From Gammaproteobacteria bacterium (lineage in GTDB: Bacteria > Pseudomonadota > Gammaproteobacteria > Eutrophobiales > Eutrophobiaceae), in assembly GCA_965116495.1 (NCBI GenBank), contig OZ220696.1:1216001-1280000 (forward strand): DNA of 64,000 nucleotides. Reading direction: 5' to 3'. The notes beneath the pieces are model-generated. The model ran no database searches. It was given only the letters and a program-made list of their open reading frames with translations, and was not told where the DNA came from. Of this stretch, positions 59,650-64,000 are shown in pieces (within the stretch, counting starts at the first letter, position 1; the number at the start of each line of letters is the position of its first letter). Both the position numbers and the translations under genes were made by a program.

Positions 59650-60486
59650 TCATGAAAGATGCTCCGCCAGGTACGCCTGCAGTCCACAGGCCGGCCTCCC
59701 CAGTATTGCCGTTACGGTTTCGGTCACGTTTTCATAAAGCCCCTCACGCATGCCGCGCGCCATTTGCAGCATCTGCTCCACGCGATAAGGACGAAGCCCT
59801 GCTGAGAGCAACGTATCACGCCATTGTTTTTCTGTTACCTCTTCATAACAGACTGTCCCGCCATAAGCAGCGGAGAGCAAACCGGTCGTTTCATCCCAGG
59901 AGAGTGACTCAGGCCCTGTCAATGTGAACTCGCCACCCAACAGGTCATCGTCGCACAAGGCAACTTTCGCAACGCCGGCGATGTCCCGGGTATCAATAAA
60001 GCTGAGCCTGCTCCCGCGTCCTGCAGGGAAGGCAATAAGACCGCTCTTGACGCTTTGACTGAGAAAGCCGCGGGTAAAGTTCTGCATGAACCATCCCGGT
60101 CGCAGGATCGTATATTCAAGACCGGATTTGATCAGGTGGTCCTCGGCAGCACAGAGGACCCGCCAATCCTTATCGAGACCCATGGCAGTGGAAAACACGA
60201 TCCTTTCTGCGCCGGCAGCGGCAGCCGCATCAACAAAAGGCAAAAGCGTCTCGTCCGGACAGGGATCGCCTGCCTTGGGAATCATGAAGATGCGCGTAAC
60301 ACCGGACAGGGCCGTAATCCAGCTGGTTGGATCATCGTAGTCAAAAACGACCTTATCCAGCGCGCCCTGTACATGGATTCCTTGTACGTTTCTTGACGCC
60401 GCACAAACATGCCGACCTTCCCCACTTAACTGCTCGGCGAGGCTTGAGCCGATATTCCCGGTTGCCCCGATGACGAGAAATTTCAT
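59650..60486 (-). CDS. NmrA-like atypical SDR
   Basis: GATGNIG, ILRPGWFMQN, DTRDIA. Confidence 0.87.
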   Translation of the reverse strand: MKFLVIGATGNIGSSLAEQLSGEGRHVCAASRNVQGIHVQGALDKVVFDYDDPTSWITALSGVTRIFMIPKAGDPCPDETLLPFVDAAAAAGAERIVFSTAMGLDKDWRVLCAAEDHLIKSGLEYTILRPGWFMQNFTRGFLSQSVKSGLIAFPAGRGSRLSFIDTRDIAGVAKVALCDDDLLGGEFTLTGPESLSWDETTGLLSAAYGGTVCYEEVTEKQWRDTLLSAGLRPYRVEQMLQMARGMREGLYENVTETVTAILGRPACGLQAYLAEHLS

Positions 60487-60498
60487 TCCGAACAAGGA

Positions 60499-63400
60499 TC
60501 AGGCCGCCGAGGCCATAATCCGCTGCGGATACTTATCCCATTCCTTCAGTTTATTGCGCAATTGGGCGTCGTAGTGACGGATATTATCCTCCTTGATGTG
60601 GCCATAACCCTTTATCATTTCCGGTAGCGCGGCAATTTCTCCTGCCAGCGCGTAGTTGTCTTTGTTCAATGTCTCAATGATACGCTCAATATGCCTGCGG
60701 TACTCAACGACAAGCGCTCTTTCGCGTTGCCGTTCCTTGCTGTACCCGAAGATATCGAAAGCCGTTCCCCGCAGCCGCTTTAGCTTTGCAAGAACACCGA
60801 ATAGCGTGAACATCCATGGGCCAAACTCAATCTTCCCGGGCTGACCCGTGCGCTTGCTCCTGAATGATAGCAGGGGTGGCGCCAGATTGAATTTCAGCTT
60901 GTAGTTACCTTCAAACTGCTGCTTCAACCTGCGTTCGAAATCACCTGATGTATACAGACGGGCAACCTCGTACTCATCCTTGTAGGCCATAAGTTTATAG
61001 AGATAGCGGCCCACGGATTCTGCCAGTTCCGTACTGTCACCGCCCAGGGCATCTTCCGCAGCCCGCACCTTGTCAATGAGTTGTTTGTACTCACCGGCGT
61101 AGCCTGCTCCCTGATAGTCCGTCAGGTCACTGATACGCCGCTCGATCAATTCGTCCACAGATTCGGGTAACTGCAGTTCACCATCATCCAGAGATGATTC
61201 TGCTATATAACGCTCCACCGCCTCCGGATCATGGGCAGCCATTCTACCCCACGCAAGGGTATGCAGATTGGTTGTAACGGCCACGCCATTGAGTTCAATT
61301 GCTGTCTCTACCGATTCTACGGTGAGGGGAACCAGTCCTTTTTGCAAGGCGAAACCCAGCATAAATACGTTGGTGGCAATGCTGTCACCCGTCAGCCTGG
61401 TTGCCAGGGTGGTTGCCGCAACATCTGACAGGCTATCATCACCGACCAGTTGCCGTAGCACGGCCAGCATGGAATCCTTGCCGAAATCGATATTCATGTT
61501 GCGCTGGAACTGGGCGGTAGGAACAACATCATTATTAACAAGAATACTGGCGGACTCGGAACGTACCAGGTCGGTTACCTGGGCGCCGGATGTCACCACC
61601 AGGTCACAACCGATAACCAGGTCGGCTGCCCCGCTCCACAATCTTGGGGCATTGATACTCTTTGTGTCGGGCGCAATACGTATGTGGCTCAATACCGCAC
61701 CGCCTTTCTGGGCCATGCCGGTAATATCAAGAACGCTGCAGGCTTTTTCTTCCACGTGGGCTGCCATACCGAGAATTGCCCCGACAGTGAGTACTCCCGT
61801 ACCGCCAATCCCGGTAATCAGGATGTTATAGGCGCCATCTCCTGACACGGTTTCCGGTGTAGGCAAGCCGGCAAAGATCTGTTCCTGTTCCGTGCGGGCT
61901 TGCTCTGCCTTGCGTAGCTGTCCTCCTTCCACGGTCACAAAGGAGGGGCAGAACCCGTACTGGCAACTGTAATCCTTGTTACAACTGGATTGATCAATTC
62001 GACGCTTGCGGCCGTACTCGGTATCCACCGGCTGGATGCTTATACAATTGGACTGCGTAGAACAGTCGCCGCAACCTTCACAGACATCCTGGTTGATATA
62101 CAGCCGCTTGTCCGGATCGGGGAAAAGGCCGCGTTTGCGGCGGCGACGTTTCTCAGCCGCACAGGTCTGGTCATAGATAATGGCCGAAACACCTTTCTGT
62201 TTTTGCATCTCCCGCTGAACAGATTCCAGTTCATCACGGTGATAGACCCTGGTCTGAGGCGGCCAGTGCACGGATGCAGGGTATTTTTCGGGCTCATCGG
62301 TGACAACGGCAATCGGTTTGACCCCTTCCCAATAGATCTGGTTGGCCATCATCTCCACCGTAAGCTCACCATCGATTGGCTGCCCTCCGGTCATGGCAAC
62401 AGCATCGTTATACAATAGCTTGTAAGTGATATTTGCTCCGGCGGCCAGGGCTGAACGTATGGCCAGGAGGCCGGAATGAAAATAAGTCCCGTCCCCCAGA
62501 TTCTGGAAGGAGTGTTCCAGATCCATAAAGTGGTGCAAACCTACCCAAAGTGAGCCTTCCGCTCCCATTTGCGCCGCGTATTCCGTTTCACGGTCAGGCA
62601 TCACCAGGGGCACGATGCCATAACAACCCACACCCGTGAACGTCAGACTGCCATCAATGGTTTTGGTGGATGTGTTGTGGGGGCACCCCGAACAGAAGTA
62701 GGCGGTGCGAAAAGCATTGACCGGAGGTAATTGTGCAACCTTGCTGCGACGATTTTCAATTTCAGCCACCTTGGCATGCATTTGTGGATAGTTGATATCC
62801 AGCACCTTTAACCGGCGTACCAGTACGTCAACCATGAGGTTAACATTGGTTTCGCCGAACTCAGGGACCAGGGTGTTACCTTCATTATCCTTTTTACCGG
62901 TGATAACAGGACGCTGCGCCTGGGGTAATGCATAAAGCAGGCGCGTTAACTGATCTTCAATAATCGGGTTTTTGTCTTCCACCACCATTACTTCATCGTG
63001 ATCGAGACAAAACTCCCTGATGCCTTGCGGCTCCATGGGCCATGTGACGGCCAATTTGTAGATGCGGATACCCAGGTCAGAAGCCATGGCCGTATCGATG
63101 CCCAGCTCATGTAATGCTTCCATCAGGTCAAGATAGGGCTTGCCGGCTGTGACAATGCCCAACTTGCGCTTGGCGCTATCCTGCACCACCTTGTTCAAGC
63201 CATTGGCGTGGATAAATGCATCGACAAGGGGCATTTTGAATTGAACCAGCCGGCGTTCCTGAACGAGGGGCATGAAGTCGTTGTGAACGGCATTGACACC
63301 TTCAGGCGGGAAGGTGCATCCTTCCGGTGTGATAATTTCCAGTTTTTCCGAATCGGCCTCGGCAGTGGAAGTCAACTCAATTGTATCGGTCACGCCCTTA

Positions 63401-64000
63401 AGAGCTACCCAGAGCCCTGAAAACCTTGAAAGCGCCCAGCCGTACAGGCCGTATTCAATATACTCCTGTGTGGAGGAAGGATAAAAAATCGGCACATAGG
63501 CGCCCACCAGCATGGGGTCCGATGAGGCAGAGGTAATCGATGACTTGGCGCCGATATCATCCCCCGTAAAAATCAGGGCACCGCCATACCTGGAAGTACC
63601 GGTAGTGAAGTTACCCGCTTTGATGGCCTCTATCGCCCGTTCTGTACCCAGCATTTTTCCGTACCACAGGGAAAAAACACCATCGTATTTTTTCTTGTCC
63701 GGATAAAAATCCAGCCACTGGGAACCCTTGATGGCTGACGCAGCCAGTTCTTCGTTCACTGCGGGCATAAACCTGATGTGATGTTCCTCCAACAGATCGC
63801 CTGCAGACCACAATGCCGTATCATAAGTCCCGATGGGTGATCCCCGATAACCGCTGATAAAGCCTGCCGTATTCAACCCCGCGGCAACGTCACGCCGCCG
63901 TTGAATCATGGGCAAACGCGTCATGGCCTGCAGAGTGTTGAGGTAAATCCGTCCTTGAGTTCGGGTATATTTGTCGTTCAGTTGAACAGCTGTTTTAGTC
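60499..64000 (-). CDS. indolepyruvate:ferredoxin oxidoreductase family (fused alpha-beta), 5'-partial
   Basis: SGYRGSP, FCSGCPHN, GDGTYFHSG, CEGCGDC..SNC, GIGGTGV, YKDEYEVARL; frame stays open to the window edge (TKTAVQLNDKY...). Confidence 0.93.
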   Translation of the reverse strand, partial: TKTAVQLNDKYTRTQGRIYLNTLQAMTRLPMIQRRRDVAAGLNTAGFISGYRGSPIGTYDTALWSAGDLLEEHHIRFMPAVNEELAASAIKGSQWLDFYPDKKKYDGVFSLWYGKMLGTERAIEAIKAGNFTTGTSRYGGALIFTGDDIGAKSSITSASSDPMLVGAYVPIFYPSSTQEYIEYGLYGWALSRFSGLWVALKGVTDTIELTSTAEADSEKLEIITPEGCTFPPEGVNAVHNDFMPLVQERRLVQFKMPLVDAFIHANGLNKVVQDSAKRKLGIVTAGKPYLDLMEALHELGIDTAMASDLGIRIYKLAVTWPMEPQGIREFCLDHDEVMVVEDKNPIIEDQLTRLLYALPQAQRPVITGKKDNEGNTLVPEFGETNVNLMVDVLVRRLKVLDINYPQMHAKVAEIENRRSKVAQLPPVNAFRTAYFCSGCPHNTSTKTIDGSLTFTGVGCYGIVPLVMPDRETEYAAQMGAEGSLWVGLHHFMDLEHSFQNLGDGTYFHSGLLAIRSALAAGANITYKLLYNDAVAMTGGQPIDGELTVEMMANQIYWEGVKPIAVVTDEPEKYPASVHWPPQTRVYHRDELESVQREMQKQKGVSAIIYDQTCAAEKRRRRKRGLFPDPDKRLYINQDVCEGCGDCSTQSNCISIQPVDTEYGRKRRIDQSSCNKDYSCQYGFCPSFVTVEGGQLRKAEQARTEQEQIFAGLPTPETVSGDGAYNILITGIGGTGVLTVGAILGMAAHVEEKACSVLDITGMAQKGGAVLSHIRIAPDTKSINAPRLWSGAADLVIGCDLVVTSGAQVTDLVRSESASILVNNDVVPTAQFQRNMNIDFGKDSMLAVLRQLVGDDSLSDVAATTLATRLTGDSIATNVFMLGFALQKGLVPLTVESVETAIELNGVAVTTNLHTLAWGRMAAHDPEAVERYIAESSLDDGELQLPESVDELIERRISDLTDYQGAGYAGEYKQLIDKVRAAEDALGGDSTELAESVGRYLYKLMAYKDEYEVARLYTSGDFERRLKQQFEGNYKLKFNLAPPLLSFRSKRTGQPGKIEFGPWMFTLFGVLAKLKRLRGTAFDIFGYSKERQRERALVVEYRRHIERIIETLNKDNYALAGEIAALPEMIKGYGHIKEDNIRHYDAQLRNKLKEWDKYPQRIMASAA

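Noticed and set aside
18057-64000. Secondary-metabolite biosynthetic cluster
   Set aside because: No PKS, NRPS, terpene synthase or RiPP precursor seen; importers and beta-oxidation-type enzymes favour catabolism

Overview
A 64-kb accessory region, probably from a Gram-negative proteobacterium (TonB-dependent receptors, LolA-like protein). It has three parts. (1) 1-8.6 kb is an integration hotspot with two intact RelE/Gp49-HTH type II TA pairs, two further HTH antitoxins (one broken, one cut by the window edge), three AbiEi/AbiEii type IV modules (one truncated), an integrase arm-domain fragment, two tRNA-3'-end att-like remnants, IS256 scraps and a protein-tyrosine phosphatase. (2) 8.6-17.8 kb holds a DUF3604-like gene divergent from a TetR-MMPL-LolA-like-outer membrane protein operon that is broken by an IS1634. 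(3) 18-64 kb is a catabolic island for an unknown hydrophobic substrate: three related P450s (one split by IS21), two TBDRs, a p-cumate-type Rieske oxygenase, two LvaB-LvaA-like fused kinases, two AttH/tocopherol-cyclase-like proteins, atypical ACADs and crotonases, family III CoA-transferases, an F420-type LLM and an indolepyruvate oxidoreductase. About ten copies of a palindrome TA(G/A)CATATGCTA tie its promoters into one regulon, and no obvious cognate regulator lies in the window. No rRNA, intact tRNA or CRISPR was seen. All family calls come from motif recognition by eye, not database searches.
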